Source of the DNA: Phoronis australis
Lineage: Eukaryota; Animalia; Phoronida
Length of the DNA stretch: 64,000 nucleotides
Direction of reading: 5' to 3'
Assembly (NCBI GenBank): GCA_002633005.1
Contig: NMRA01000049.1
Coordinates: 1,160,011-1,224,010, forward strand
Part shown: piece after piece, positions 21,301 to 35,351 of the stretch
How the letters are laid out: every line of letters starts with the position of its first letter
Position numbering within the stretch: position 1 is the first letter of the stretch
Translations under genes and position numbers: made by a program
The notes under the pieces: generated by a model
Database searches by the model: none
What the model was told of the DNA's origin: nothing
Seen by the model: only the letters and a program-made list of their open reading frames with translations

Positions 21301-24300
21301 ATCTGTAGCTATCATCAGATATTGCTAACATTTGAAGCCCTTGAAAAATGAACAAAGGGCAATTCCAGAAATTGCTTTAGTCCAAAATAGTGAGATTCTA
21401 CTGCAGATAGGAGTTTCCATAATCTTCGATTACACCAAAATTAGTGTCAACAAGTCCACAAATTGCCAACAGGTAAGACTGATGAACGATCCTATGACCA
21501 GCGCTAATGTTTGAAATAAAGTGACAAATCATTGCCGTAGAATGTGACTGTCACCAATAAATGCCCACAATACCTGTACTGGTTCACTTTGTCTAGAGGC
21601 GGTGGTTTCTCACAGAGGCGATATGTGGCCAACATGGCTGACGGCATAGAGCTGCGGGTCACCACCTGTTGGTCAATGGACTGCGAACTGCGGAATGGTT
21701 TCCGCATGTTTATGTCTTGCAGAGATACTGAAATAAGTAACAAGTCAAGTAAACAATAATTAACGTAATCTAACAATTTTGTATAGGCCCTCAATCAATG
21801 AAATGTCTTTCATGAAGTGTGTATCAAAGAGGGAAACAGATATCAGTATTTAGCAAGACGTTCCTCTTCACGTAACATCAATCCATGACACTGGTCTTGA
21901 AAAATTGTTAGCAAAAATATGAAACTTTCCTCATGGAAAACCTTTTTGTATAATACAAAACCGTTAAATTAGACTTATTTATAACCACCAACTCTCATTC
22001 TCATTCTTTGAAAATTACAGGACATTGCTTATCAGGAAAGTACTCGACACGACACCTAATTTTCAGGAAAGCACTCGATAATTAGGTCAAGTCGCCAATT
22101 AAAATACAGGCGAATAATGTTTCCAATTCCAGAAGCAAGCACTGAACTTCACTGATTTAGCCCATAGCGATTCCCCATATTAAAAAAACTTTGAAATTCA
22201 TTGCACACAAAAGCAGCAATATTTTTTAAGATGACACGGTATTTGACTTTAAAGTTTGAGTTAAAAAGAGTTACAGTATTTTAACTCAGAAGTTCTTCCA
22301 ACACAAATGTCAGTATCTTGTTTCTGGCTCACAAGGGACAGATGTCATATAGATAAGTCAATGCCTGTCAGGAAATGACACCCCCTCATAAACAAAGCCA
22401 GCTGATCCTTTACCACACATGCAGTCAGAGAACAACCTTTGACCACACGACCTGCACAACACAGGGCAGGCTGACTACAAGGAAGGAAATACGGAATTCA
22501 AACTATACCTCCAAATCAGACATTAGGACTGAGAAGCACAGCATAACAGGGCGTTCATGTTTTGCAATACATATAACAAAAACAACTTGGTTACTGTCCA
22601 CAGATATTTCAATGCACTTGCTTAACAACATTTTCCCTTTCATGTCAGGTGTGGGGAGTATGTTAAGATAACACACCATCATCTTGGTCGTTTTAAAAAA
22701 TTTGTAAATTTTGCCTCAGGTAAAAACAATTATCCAATAAATCATCCAGTAATTTTTTTACGTTAAGGTTTGTAGAACCTCATCATTTAGCCAAATACAT
22801 ACAAATCAAGAAAATTTAACTTTAGTCAGTAACAGTATTAAACTATTATATATATTTTTTTAAAGCAGAAAGTCGACAGAAACTGATTTTTGCCTTTGTG
22901 CCAAATAATTCAATACAAAATCTCAAAAACGCGTTTAGTTTTCTAAATTACCGTTTCATTATCATTTTAAGCAACTTAAGATTTTTTTTCATTAACATCA
23001 TAAGGAGTCCTATTTTGATGTCTCTCTTGTAATAATGGATAATTTGAAAAACAATTACGTTTTGAGCAACAGTGCATAAATCACAGTATTAGAAAGTTCC
23101 ATTAGAATCCAATCAGTCATTTTTGAGATACGTAGATCCGAAGTCAGCGAAGTCAGCAGTATTTGGAAATTTTTCTTGTGTCCAACATAAACTTTAAAAA
23201 ATGTGATAAAACTTAATGTTAACAACCTTTAAACCAAAACCTCATACTTCCTCAAGCTTGAAGACAGCTGCTTCAACAAAGTGCACAACTGTAGAATATC
23301 AGTTTCTTCATAATAATAGATGACCAAATATAGAAATAAGTTTCCCATAACTTAGATGACCAACTGCAGATATCAGTTTCCCCATAACTTAGAAGACCAA
23401 CTGCAGAATCAGTTTCCCCCATAACTTAGACGACCAACTGCACATAGCAGTTTCCCCATAACTTAGACCACCAACTGCACATAGCAGTTTCCCCATAACT
23501 TCGAGGACGAACTGCACATAGCAGTTTCCCCATAACTTCGAGGACCAACTGCACATAGCAGTTTCCCCATAACTTCGAGGACCAACTGCACATAGCAGTT
23601 TCCCCATAATAGATGACCAAATGCAGATATCAGTTTCCCCATAACTTAGATGACCAACTGCAGATATCAGTTTCCCCATAACTTAGGTAAACTGCAGATA
23701 GCAGTTTCCCCTTAACTAAGATGACCAACTGCACATATCAGTTTCTCCATAACTTCGATGACCAACTGCAGATATCAATTTCACCATAACTTAGATGACC
23801 AACCAGAAGTCATGATATTTAACAGCTGAGCTCTCAAGCTAAAAAGCCTTCAAAGAAAATCCCAGCCAGCCTTTGTGGAATAACGAAACTGAATTTGTAG
23901 GTTTCGTGCAAAAAATGTGATTTTTAACAAATAATGCAGTCACGTGATAACTAACATGGGAGCCTTGTCTTGTCTCATGGTATGATTATGTAATCGAGGA
24001 TTTTAAAAATATGCAGTTTTTTTAGTCTACTATTGATATTCAAAAAGATATTTAAGAAATCCAATCCTTATTAATGAAGGTAGACTGCTACCTTAAAAAG
24101 CTGCCCAGCTGGATCTAACATTTTTATGTAACATACAGCTATTTCAAAGACGTCAGTGTGAGTTATTGATTGGTCAAGACAAAGATACACAGATTTAATA
24201 TGGACATCACATACTTCTCCTGACACCACAATAAATCACAATGTGAAAAAATTAACATCGCGAGGACATCCACTTTCAAGTTCCAACCACAAGCAATCCA

Positions 24301-25059
24301 ACAACCAAATAAAAGAAAATCCACTTTCGCAATTAGTGGTCAATGGAAAATTAACTTCCATGACTGCTTTTAAGTGTATTATGACTGAAAAACATCACGT
24401 CAACATGGATCGAAAAACAGTTGACACAGGAAGTGGTCCCAATTCAAGTACTTCAAAACCAACATTGTTTCTGTCCGACACCACTACTTTTATGCATCCT
24501 GCTTTCAAGGTGTTTATTAGACCTGTTCAACTAATAGCATACAGCACAAAATATGGTTTCACTAACATTATGATGGAGTCCAGCAGAGCTCATAGTTTTC
24601 CATTATCCAGTCAAACATCAGCCTAATGGCTGTGAACATGGTAAGGTGCAGATTTGAATTCGACATCTGACGAATATACGCTACGCGACTATATACGGAA
24701 ATCTGGTATGTTTCGCAATTTTTCCTCAGAAATACCCAATCAAGCTCAGCGTTGCTTGCTTATCAGCTTTGGTGAACTAAACCAACTTTACCTTCTTCAA
24801 CTGTAGAGTCTAGCTGCGTGACCTTAACCTTCAACTTGTCTACCCTCTCTTGTAGCGAGCAGGCCCGGTTAAAGAAACTGTTGGCCTCGTTGGACAGTTC
24901 CCCGAAGAGGTCCTCAGCGTGCTTGCTGAGTGAGCTCAACTGACGAATGATATTTGCTAGGGTACTGTTGGTGACACACTCGAGTTCCTGGGTGACACCT
25001 CGAGGAATGTCACCGCGGCTCAGATGGACTGGCTGGATGTCGCGCTTAATCAACGGCAT
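18206..25059 (-). CDS. WASF: Wiskott-Aldrich syndrome protein family member WAVE/SCAR, 5 coding exons
   Basis: Exons 25059-24792, 21727-21574, 20268-20151, 19884-18914, 18393-18206. SHD domain ([15 protein letters not shown]...[31 protein letters not shown]; [11 protein letters not shown]), basic region, poly-Pro, WH2 ([18 protein letters not shown]), acidic tail ending DDDESWEE*. Confidence 0.96.
18914..19884 (-). CDS. WASF: WASF coding exon 4 (proline-rich region and WH2 start; N gap 19169-19198)
   Basis: ttgtag acceptor, caag|gtaaag donor; poly-Pro tracts. Confidence 0.92.
20151..20268 (-). CDS. WASF: WASF coding exon 3 ([20 protein letters not shown]...KRRKK)
   Basis: cgtcag acceptor, aag|gtacat donor. 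Confidence 0.94.
20628..21037. repeat. 21-bp minisatellite in a WASF intron, about 19 copies
   Basis: Unit gcattgtattgt(g/a)catattt(a/t). Confidence 0.95.
21574..21727 (-). CDS. WASF: WASF coding exon 2 ([12 protein letters not shown]...[11 protein letters not shown])
   Basis: tttcag acceptor, ag|gtattg donor. Confidence 0.94.
22767..23190. mobile_element. Degenerate Kolobok-like MITE
   Basis: ttaa-ggtttgtagaacc start; 3' part resembles the other two copies; ends near gtccaacataaac-tttaa. Confidence 0.4.
23285..23803. repeat. 37-bp minisatellite in a WASF intron, about 14 copies
   Basis: Unit ccaactgcacatagcagtttccccataacttcgagga, decaying at both ends. Confidence 0.93.
24792..25059 (-). 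CDS. WASF: WASF coding exon 1 (start codon, SHD)
   Basis: ttgcag acceptor before 25065, Kozak-like ACCATG, gaag|gtaaag donor. Confidence 0.95.
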
Positions 25060-25562
25060 GGTGCTCTGCAACAGAAGTATTTATGGAAGTTAGGTGGTGC
25101 AAGCAAGAACATGAAGCATTGGGATGAGGAAGGACAGAACACTGGGGATACGATGGCCAAGGTAAGATTGTCTTTAAGGTCGTAGAGCTCTGGCACTATG
25201 CCAAGCAAGAATGACAACATGTGCTAACAAGACTGTTCAGTACAGAACAAGGTGAATTAGCAGTATACTGCCTTGCTTTGGTTCATTCGTGCAACAAGGA
25301 ATAAGTGACGAGGTTAAAATGACCTTACAATACATACACAGGGCAGAATGCACATCAAATGAAATATGGTCACACACATTACAATACACTGAAAGTAATC
25401 CCTGACAAAATTACATTTCCTTATCATGACAGTCATTACACATGTGATGGTGGATTGTGCTCAGTCATCAGGACAAGGAATTTTATGTCATTTTGTTTAT
25501 TTGTGGTGAGCAGACAGTATAGTAGATATCACAGTTTGAGACTGTTAAAATTGAGTTTAAGT

Positions 25563-25788
25563 CAAGCCTTTATGCATCCTACATTAGGACACCCTAGCAC
25601 TAATCTGGCCGTCCTAGGAAGCAACTGGTGTTTCAGAGCTGTTACTTCATGGTTTTTATCTTTTTTAAATACATCAAAAGTGAAATAAATGCCATTATTT
25701 TAATACAATATTGTGCCACAAGAAAATGCCGATTTTAATTACTTGGCGGAATTCTTCGAATTCCGTCAAGTATGTTGCTCTGACAGCA

Positions 25789-25823
<35 letters not shown>

Positions 25824-27708
25824 NNNNNNNNNNNNNNNNNNNNNNNNNNNNNNNNNNNNNNNNNNNNNNNNNNNNNNNNNNNNNNNNNNNNNNNNNNNNN
25901 NNNNNNNNNNNNNNNNNNNNNNNNNNNNNNNNNNNNNNNNNNNNNNNNNNNNNNNNNNNNNNNNNNNNNNNNNNNNNNNNNNNNNNNNNNNNNNNNNNNN
26001 NNNNNNNNNNNNNNNNNNNNNNNNNNNNNNNNNNNNNNNNNNNNNNNNNNNNNNNNNNNNNNNNNNNNNNNNNNNNNNNNNNNNNNNNNNNNNNNNNNNN
26101 NNNNNNNNNNNNNNNNNNNNNNNNNNNNNNNNNNNNNNNNNNNNNNNNNNNNNNNNNNNNNNNNNNNNNNNNNNNNNNNNNNNNNNNNNNNNNNNNNNNN
26201 NNNNNNNNNNNNNNNNNNNNNNNNNNNNNNNNNNNNNNNNNNNNNNNNNNNNNNNNNNNNNNNNNNNNNNNNNNNNNNNNNNNNNNNNNNNNNNNNNNNN
26301 NNNNNNNNNNNNNNNNNNNNNNNNNNNNNNNNNNNNNNNNNNNNNNNNNNNNNNNNNNNNNNNNNNNNNNNNNNNNNNNNNNNNNNNNNNNNNNNNNNNN
26401 NNNNNNNNNNNNNNNNNNNNNNNNNNNNNNNNNNNNNNNNNNNNNNNNNNNNNNNNNNNNNNNNNNNNNNTGGCTGGCTTTCAGTTCACTTTGTTTTGAT
26501 TATGCCTAGTTGACCCAGACTGACCCAGCCAGCACTGTTCTACTGTAGACTGGACCGTCATGTGGCGCCATCTATCGTTCTTTATTGTAGTTGATTGTAT
26601 GCTCTCTATTTGATTTCGTCGCTAGTCACATGAACGTTATCGTGTTTGCCAAACTACCATTTTAGATAGAGTTTTGAACGGGCTTTCAGATGATAATTTC
26701 CATTTTGCGCTACGACGTCTACTTTTTGAATTATTCGAGATTTTCGGATACCGTTGGTCCTTCGGTCACGTATGCACTCAGCTGGCTGGCTTTCAGTTCA
26801 CTTTGTTTTGTTTATGTCTGCACAAGTTAACAGAGAGTTTTGACCCCGACTGACCCAGGTAGCACTGTCGTACTGTAGACTGGAATTCCAGGCGAAATAC
26901 TATTGTAAACATAACTTTGCTCTGCAGACTGTCACATAGTGCCACCTATTTTGGATTGCGGGAACAAAGCATGGCTCGTCCGTCATGTTGCGCTATCTTT
27001 TATTGTAGTTGATTGTCTGCTCTCTATTTGATTTCTTCGCTAGTCACATGAATGTTATCGTGTTATCGTCTTATTCATAATTGCCGCCGTGATCGTCTTG
27101 ATTGTCGTCGTCTCCCTCATCGTCGTCTTTTCGATTAGTTCCGCCAAGTGTCGCTCCTCCGAGCGCTCTCGTTTTTTAGGTTGCCCCGTTTCATGCTTTT
27201 CAATGTGCATTTTAAGGTTTTAATATGGAACAGTGGTGACATCTGTTGCCAAAACATAAATCACACATAATTATGTGCATTTTTCTTGTTTTGTAACTGC
27301 AGCTCTGATGACTAACTGTACAGAATATTAAAGCTACTTAAAATGATATGACAAACTTTATAACATCAATTTGACTCAAGATCACCAAAAACATAGTGCA
27401 CTCATCGTTTAACCAATAGGTATCTCTTATATTATTTGTTTGGTAAGCTACTTGGCTGTTTTCATAAATTTAGATGTAAAAGTCTTGGTCTACAGTATTT
27501 TTTAGTAAACAAGCTCACTACAGAAGGCTGTTTAGTAAACTTAGATGTAAAAACCTTGTCTACGCATTTTTTGTAAAAAACTGGGTGTGGGGGGGATTGC
27601 TGGTAAACTGTCCTGGGGTGGGGGGTTACGTGTCGGCATCATGGACACCCTGGAATATTGAGAACCCCATTTTGGCCACCCATTTTCGAAATCCTGGATA
27701 AAGGCCTG
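25563..27708. mobile_element. hAT-like non-autonomous element, copy 1 (spans an N gap)
   Basis: TIR caagcctttat / ataaaggcctg; 8-bp TSD gtttaagt / gtttaggt; body shared with 28384-29268. Confidence 0.7.
25824..26470. other. Assembly gap (other gaps: 33230-33888, 19169-19198)
   Basis: N runs. Confidence 0.99.
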
Positions 27709-28383
27709 GTTTAGGTACATTCAAAACACTTATTACAGTTCTGAAAATAATTGATGAAGCAAAACACAAGCCACTCAAATTATCTCCACTCCATGATTTT
27801 TGGGTTCTCAGAATAACCGGCCAGGGCAAATAGAGGTAATAACAGAAGGTCCGACCTCATTAAACTGAAGGCCCGACCTCATAAACCTAGAGTGACCGAA
27901 CTCTGCAAACACTTAATCTGAAGATCAAATCTTGTGACCAAAGGCAAAAAATGGATCTACTGTGCATGTATTTGGCTCAAAAATGAAAAATGCAGGTTGG
28001 ACGCTTTTCCAAACATGGGCACTAAAAGCTACCAGTCACCCAGGGTATTACGGTATGACCTTTGAAACTGTGCTACACAGACAAGAACTTCAATTTGGTA
28101 CAAGATATCTGCCCCCCTCCCCCATGATGCTGCAGAAGTAGGTAGATAGTGGAGTCCAATCACAGACTTGTTCATTATTCCTCAATGGTGAAGAATGTGC
28201 TTGAAATCAATTAAACTCAGCGCAACAGCTGACCTGGCTTAACTTTCAGGGAGACAGTCATCAATGGTTTCAGAGCAGAGTTTAATTTCATCCAAAGCCA
28301 AGATCAATATTTAACACACTCTCATTCAGTAACACCATCAGTCATTGTCGCCCCATGGCAAATACTAGTTGAGTACTTGTAAA

Positions 28384-29268
28384 CAGGCCTTCATGCGACG
28401 GCGTACGTCCTCGGCAGCGTCCAAATGGCCGCTCTAGCACTAATCTGGACGCCGCAAGGACCCCCAATGAATCATTAACATTTGGACACCCACTGTAAAT
28501 TAGCACCTTTCAAGTTTGACCACACACATTGTAATATGTAATTGCTAGGAAGCCCAGTTAATGAAAGAGACACACAGCTGAAGTGCTGGCAATTTTTTCG
28601 ACTCGGGAAGAAATATTTCAGACAAGTTTAGTTGTGGAAGTTTCTTCAACTGCTGGCTATGCTCCCAGTGGTCTTGTCTTATACTTTATAAGTAGTCATA
28701 CCTTAGTGTAACTCCAAACTGGCGTTTTAGAGCTGTAAGTTAATCATTTTCATCTTTTTTTAAAACATCGAACACGAAATAAATGTCATTATTTTAATAC
28801 TATATTGTGCAACAAACATGCGCCTTCTTAAAATTTTTGAGTTTGCGCCTGTTTCATGCTTTTCAATGTGCATTTTAAGGTTTTAATATGGAACAGTAAT
28901 GACACCTGTTGCAAAAATATAAACCGCACATCATAGTTATGTGCATTTTTGTTTTGCAACTGCAGCTCTGATGACTCATTTTGCAGAATATTAAAGCTAG
29001 TTGATAAACTTTATAGCATGAATTTGACTCAAGATCAAAAAAAAAAACATAGTGCACTCAATATTTCTAATATTTGTTAAGTAAGTTACTTGGCTGATTT
29101 CGTAAATTTAGATGTAAAAGCCTCACTGTGTGTGTGTGTGTGGGAGGGGAGATTGCTGATGACCAGTGGTGGGAGTGGCGGTTACATGTCGTTGGAGTCC
29201 TGGATGCCCTGGAATACTGGGAACCCCATTTTGGACACCCTACTTTCGAAATCCTGGATAAAGCCCTG
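28384..29268. mobile_element. hAT-like non-autonomous element, copy 2
   Basis: TIR caggccttcat / ataaagccctg; 8-bp TSD cttgtaaa / gttgtaaa. Confidence 0.72.
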
Positions 29269-32200
29269 GTTGTAAAGTAGACCTATGTTTCATTGCATTC
29301 ATGGGACATTAAGACCTTATCACAAGGGGTTAACTGACCTAAAACATTTGCAAAAATATACCAAATTAACTAGTATTTTTATCATGCTTTAATGTTTTTC
29401 TCTTATCTTTAATCAAACTGTAAACCTTGTAGTACCCAATTTTGTACCTTGGCTGAAATCAAGAAATCACTGACTATTCTAGTCTATTTCGGCAACCCGA
29501 GTTCCTTGTACATCAGTTAAGAAATGACCATGACGGCCATCTTGCCCTCAAACATATTGATATAAGAAAGCAAACGTGAAACCGTTGTAATTTTTTTGGT
29601 TGTTTTGGTTAATGTTATTATTTGATTGCCTATTGCTCAAAGTCGCTTTCTCAAGTTTCGGTAAGTAGGAAAGGTCAACTCCAGTAGTTAATCTGCAAGC
29701 AGAACTTCGCTGAAAAGAGTGCGATTCAAAAGCGAAGCTTCGTTGAAGTTATTGGTAAAGGCCACGGCTACAATCACGCGAGACAGCATAGCCAACATGA
29801 TCTCAAAAGACGCAACCATGTAAATAAATAAAAGAAAGCACGTCTGATGAAGAATGACATTGATCATTTTCATAAACACTCGTAGATGGCAGGAGAACAA
29901 TTTTCACTTAGTCTTGAACCCACTACTCAACATTTGTTTGAGAGTACGAATGGACTGCATTGTCAGGTTACATAGCGATAACTTTGATATATGGCTGTCT
30001 AGTGGGAAAGGCAAGCGAAGTTTCGGCGAAGTTTCGGCGAAGCTTCGGTAAACCAAGTTTCCCTAATGGGAAAGGGCCTTAAATGTTAAGCTACCATCGT
30101 TTTTTAGGGTACAAATGAATAGTACTTAAACTTTAATAATTGGTAGCTGACAGCACTGGTAAATACGTACACTGAGTCTAGCTTAGTTAGTGTATTTTCT
30201 TCGTTGTCCTACCATGAAACCGGGATCTAAATACACAGGCAACTGCCTGCGACTTACTGCAACTCCGACAATGCACTTTGTAAGTTGCTTAGCAGCAAAC
30301 AGACACCGGCCATGTTAAAAAATGTAAAGCCATAGAAAAAACATCCGACACGAAGCAATTTTTCCAAGAAAAATTTTAAAATCAAAACTGTGTTGTGATT
30401 TTAAATTCCAACTATTGGATAAAACATATCAATGTTAGAAAATTTTACAATCACAAGTCTAAGATTTTAAAAAAATTGCGATCAAAAATGCACACAGGCC
30501 AAAAGGTGGCGTTGAACAGCGATGCATGTAGTAAAATGTAGTTTATTAGCTGAATGTCAGCGAAGGGAAAATACTCTAGAGTAAGGAGCACCACACAGTA
30601 ATTTGTTTCATTTCCTGAATTTCATGTAATCAAGGTCTGCAGGCAACCAAGTGTTTGTCCTGTGCAGAACCAAGTTCTCCATCAGGTTTCCGAACTAATG
30701 CAGTAGCTTGCGGATACAAATGCATCTGGCTCAATAAATATTCTTCCTTATCATTCAATCTCAGCAATCATTAACCATACAATTTGCCCATGTATCAAGT
30801 ATTTTTATGAATTGTTCCTCAGCAGTTGTATTTTGAGAGTCCATTGCTAACTGTTCAAGATAAGCCAGCTGCCAAACAAAGTCATCAGAGCATCTGATTG
30901 AAAACTGGATATCTATTTATTTTTCCAACTGAGAACAAATTTCAGGATTTTATGCCTCCAATGATAAAAGTTTGCAAGTCACTAGTACTGGCAATAATCG
31001 GTGATTTTATCCCGCTGAAACAGACATCAGTTTTCTCCTGGGGTCTTTGCCTTCATCGCCAACTGAGGTTCATTGTAACCTCTCTAGATAAACACCTAAA
31101 AAATACTACACCAAAGGAGCAAGCATTATGCCTCAAGGAACGGGGCACAATGCCCTAACATGTTTTTAAACGGCTGTTAATTTCTTCCTGGTGGTTTGTA
31201 ATGTTTGTGCAAATGAACTCATGACTGGTGAATTTAAAATAGTCACTGATCAGCTAACTTCCACTGGCATAGTAATTATTTATGCTCCAAATTGAAGATT
31301 TTTAAGATATAAGCAGTGCAACTCTAAGGTATGTATTGAAACATGGACTCCACCAATGTCAATGGACATCTTTGCAATCCCCTCAATTCCAACATTCCTC
31401 CCAAGATTTAAACAATGTTCTGATAAACTTATGCCGGTATGCAAGAGATAATGATAACACAAATGTCAAATAGTGGCATTCTAAAACCCCAGCACCAAAC
31501 AGCAAAACAAATAGGAGTGTGCTGCACTTGTTATCATTCAGATACTCAAATCATGCCATCTGTTCAGGTATCTATAAAGATTAGAAGCGACTAGCAAATA
31601 ACAACAAGCACGGCAAAATCCCACCAATTTACGAGACACAATATGCCTAACAAGTGAAATTTCATGAAAGATACGTCACACAAAACTAATGTTCACGTTA
31701 TATACCACATTTGTCATCAGACTAGAATCGAAAAATGTACCCTTTCATAGCAATGTTGAAAACATATGAAAAATGGAAAAAATTGGTAATTTTTGGAAAT
31801 TATGTTTGTCAGGAACTGGTAAGATTTTGCAATTCAGAATGTTCATTTTGTGGTCTACAAATGTGCCTGTCAAGAGTCACACATAAACAACATCCAAAAA
31901 GGAACCTACTGCCCATTTGTTCTGCCAATGACAATCAATATCTACAGGGAACTTGAAAGTGCACTTCCTTTAAACTCCTCAACATGAGCTTATTGTGTTG
32001 TCTTCAACTTAGGACATAATTCAACAGACATGTGGAATTTTATTCGGTCAGATTTCTTAAGAAAAAATCAAAAGTTTAGAAAAACTGGCATCCTCATTAA
32101 CATACATTGTGCACTAATTTACTATTATAATCCAATAATGAATTTTTGTAAAATTTTGTATATTTAAGCAATGTAGTCAGGAGGAAAATTGAAATCAAGG

Positions 32201-32418
32201 CAATTACATTTGCAAGAAATTAAATTCACTATAACTAATTGTAATAGGCCTCATAACACCGTGATACTGAACATTCAGCTGGAGTTAAAAAATACCCAAC
32301 ATGGGACTGAAATGAAGTGGTCAAAATTTGGAAGGGCTTAAGCCAGTCTCATGATTTTCTCAAGTGGTTTCTTTGAAGTTGTATGCTCTAGGTGACCTCA
32401 GTGGCAATGTAATAATAT

Positions 32419-34146
32419 TAGTCGGTGGGCCAGATCTCATAGCGTTCACCCTTGTGAGTACTTTGGGGGGGCAACCTAGTTTTTTCTATGTGGCTAGATA
32501 ATATACCCATAAATCAAATTCCAAAAAGTTCCCACGTCTACACTTGCACATTTTTTTAAAAAAAGGTGTTTTTGTTGCACAAAATATGATGCACATTCCT
32601 GCCACTTGATGGCGCTTTTCTACTGAATTGACCAATCAGAGAGCCAGATTGTATTGTTGTGCTTAGTTACTTCAATATGGCTGCTCCATGGAGTGTGATG
32701 CCTGTATAATTCAAGGTTTATCAAACAGCACAAAATTGTGATGTCAGAGCCTAAAGAAGATTAGGAAAGCTTCCTGACGAAAGCTGATTGACTGTGGAAC
32801 TCTGTAGATCAGTAGATCAAAAAGAAGAAGAGGTGTCGCAAACGTTTGTGCAGAAAACATCTGCATGTCCTGGTAGCCTACACAGTATACTGCTGAGTGC
32901 TGTAGACTAGAAGACCAAGTGTCAGACCAAAAAACTGAAAGGACATAGAACGGCATAGCAACGTTTCAAGGCACCAACAGTAGTACTAAAGCTGAAGTTG
33001 CTGAAAGTGATACAGATGTTATCCAAGATTTCTCAAGAAAATCAATTACTTCCAAAATCTGAAACACCCAATTAACCTGAACAAGATAGGAACATTCTGA
33101 AACATGAGTGCATCATTTGTTAGCAGGAAAAGTACATTATGGGCCACATTTCAAGAAAGAGAAAGAAGTATAGCTTTCAAAAACAGGTACGTGTTTTTTA
33201 AAAATACATCTTGGTGTTTTCCATGTGTGNNNNNNNNNNNNNNNNNNNNNNNNNNNNNNNNNNNNNNNNNNNNNNNNNNNNNNNNNNNNNNNNNNNNNNN
33301 NNNNNNNNNNNNNNNNNNNNNNNNNNNNNNNNNNNNNNNNNNNNNNNNNNNNNNNNNNNNNNNNNNNNNNNNNNNNNNNNNNNNNNNNNNNNNNNNNNNN
33401 NNNNNNNNNNNNNNNNNNNNNNNNNNNNNNNNNNNNNNNNNNNNNNNNNNNNNNNNNNNNNNNNNNNNNNNNNNNNNNNNNNNNNNNNNNNNNNNNNNNN
33501 NNNNNNNNNNNNNNNNNNNNNNNNNNNNNNNNNNNNNNNNNNNNNNNNNNNNNNNNNNNNNNNNNNNNNNNNNNNNNNNNNNNNNNNNNNNNNNNNNNNN
33601 NNNNNNNNNNNNNNNNNNNNNNNNNNNNNNNNNNNNNNNNNNNNNNNNNNNNNNNNNNNNNNNNNNNNNNNNNNNNNNNNNNNNNNNNNNNNNNNNNNNN
33701 NNNNNNNNNNNNNNNNNNNNNNNNNNNNNNNNNNNNNNNNNNNNNNNNNNNNNNNNNNNNNNNNNNNNNNNNNNNNNNNNNNNNNNNNNNNNNNNNNNNN
33801 NNNNNNNNNNNNNNNNNNNNNNNNNNNNNNNNNNNNNNNNNNNNNNNNNNNNNNNNNNNNNNNNNNNNNNNNNNNNNNNNNNNNNNNNGGGACCATATTA
33901 CTTGTTTTACAAAAAAGTCACCAAAACTGTTGTTTTTACAAATATAAGTTTACTAAGCTCTTTGGTGATTATTATGTAACTTCAAACTCAAATTTCTAAA
34001 AAATGTGCAACTTTATATGTGGGAACTTTTTAGATTTTGAAAACCCTCTAATAAATGAATTAAATAACACCAAAATAAAATTGCCCCCCTAAAGTACTCA
34101 CAAAAACCATTTTCTAGAGGCCCTACAAAATCTGGCCCACCGACTA
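32419..34146. mobile_element. TIR DNA transposon derivative, superfamily not assigned (spans an N gap)
   Basis: 17-bp TIR tagtcggtgggccagat / atctggcccaccgacta plus subterminal IR gtgagtacttt(g/a)ggggggcaa. Confidence 0.68.
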
Positions 34147-35351
34147 TATCTTGCAAAGAGATATGGTAAAAACTCTTCAATTTGAGACAGTGGAAAACAA
34201 TTCTTTTCCTCAAGATCAGGAAATAGAGGCAATGTAGGCCATTCTAAATTCAGGAATTATGATTAACGAAAAATGATCATTCACCTCCACATTACGTGTG
34301 AAAACGTCGAGTCGGCGGCTATTTCTGAAGATGCTATGAACTGCAAAGTATACTTTCCGACTCCGTTATAAAACAAAGAAAATTCCATTCTAACTTGAAT
34401 TTCGGTGTCCCAAATTTTAGGCACAATCCCAAACCTTAAACACTGTCACAAACTAGAGATTTTTCACCATAACAAAACAATTCCACACCAGTTTCTTAAA
34501 ACTTTTTGTTTTTCACATTGAAAAATAGGAGGAAATGCCGTTTTCATAAAACTGCATGTCTTTATTTGCACATAAGGTTGGAGTATCTGCTCTGGCTGCA
34601 GCTGTATAATTATATTGTAAACACAGTTATAATCAACACTGCTGGGGACCTGTAATACCCATGACAACCAGACTTCTAATTAGCCTCATACACAGAAGTT
34701 GCAAAAGCAGACCACATTCTGACTCACCCCAGAAATAATCAAGTGCCAAAAGGCACTCAGTTACTAAAACAAATCCTGTCGAAAGGCTTGTAGTCACCAA
34801 TGAAATGAAACAACAGCAACTGAAAGCAACAGAAGCAATGCTGCAGACATTTTGGTAGTGGTATTCTATGAGAGGTGGTAGGGGCAAGATTAGATCAGTG
34901 CAGAAACACCAGCCAGTTAATCAACATACCACTAGCCCATCAGGAAGTGGTTGATAAGAATGAGATCATCAAAGCCCCTCCTTGCAAACTGCTGATAGGA
35001 AAACAGTTGATCTGCTGCAGCAGCCTGTTCATACTTGGTTTCTAACCTTGTACATGATGGTAGTTAATGTTCCTTGTGTAGACCCAATCAACTTGGGAAC
35101 AATAGTTTCCAAACTCAGCATGTCATTAAAAGTGGACATTACCACATTATACAAATATTAACTTAGGGCACACTTCATGGTCTGAAAAGACCAATTACCT
35201 ATCACAGAAAACTTCCTGGTATACATGAAAAAGAGTTACTGAATTTCCTAAAAATAACAATGAGTTGCACTCAATCAGATTAATCATTGCAGGTTCAGAG
35301 GAGTTAAGGAAACTGGGCTAATCAAGTCCCTAATTCAATGTCTCCTTTAGT

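Noticed and set aside
23285-23803. 37-bp repeats as CRISPR, or their ORFs as a repetitive protein
   Set aside because: No spacers; the ORFs are a by-product of the minisatellite.
25711-26513. Long ORFs across N runs (also 33104-33999)
   Set aside because: Made of X residues from assembly gaps.
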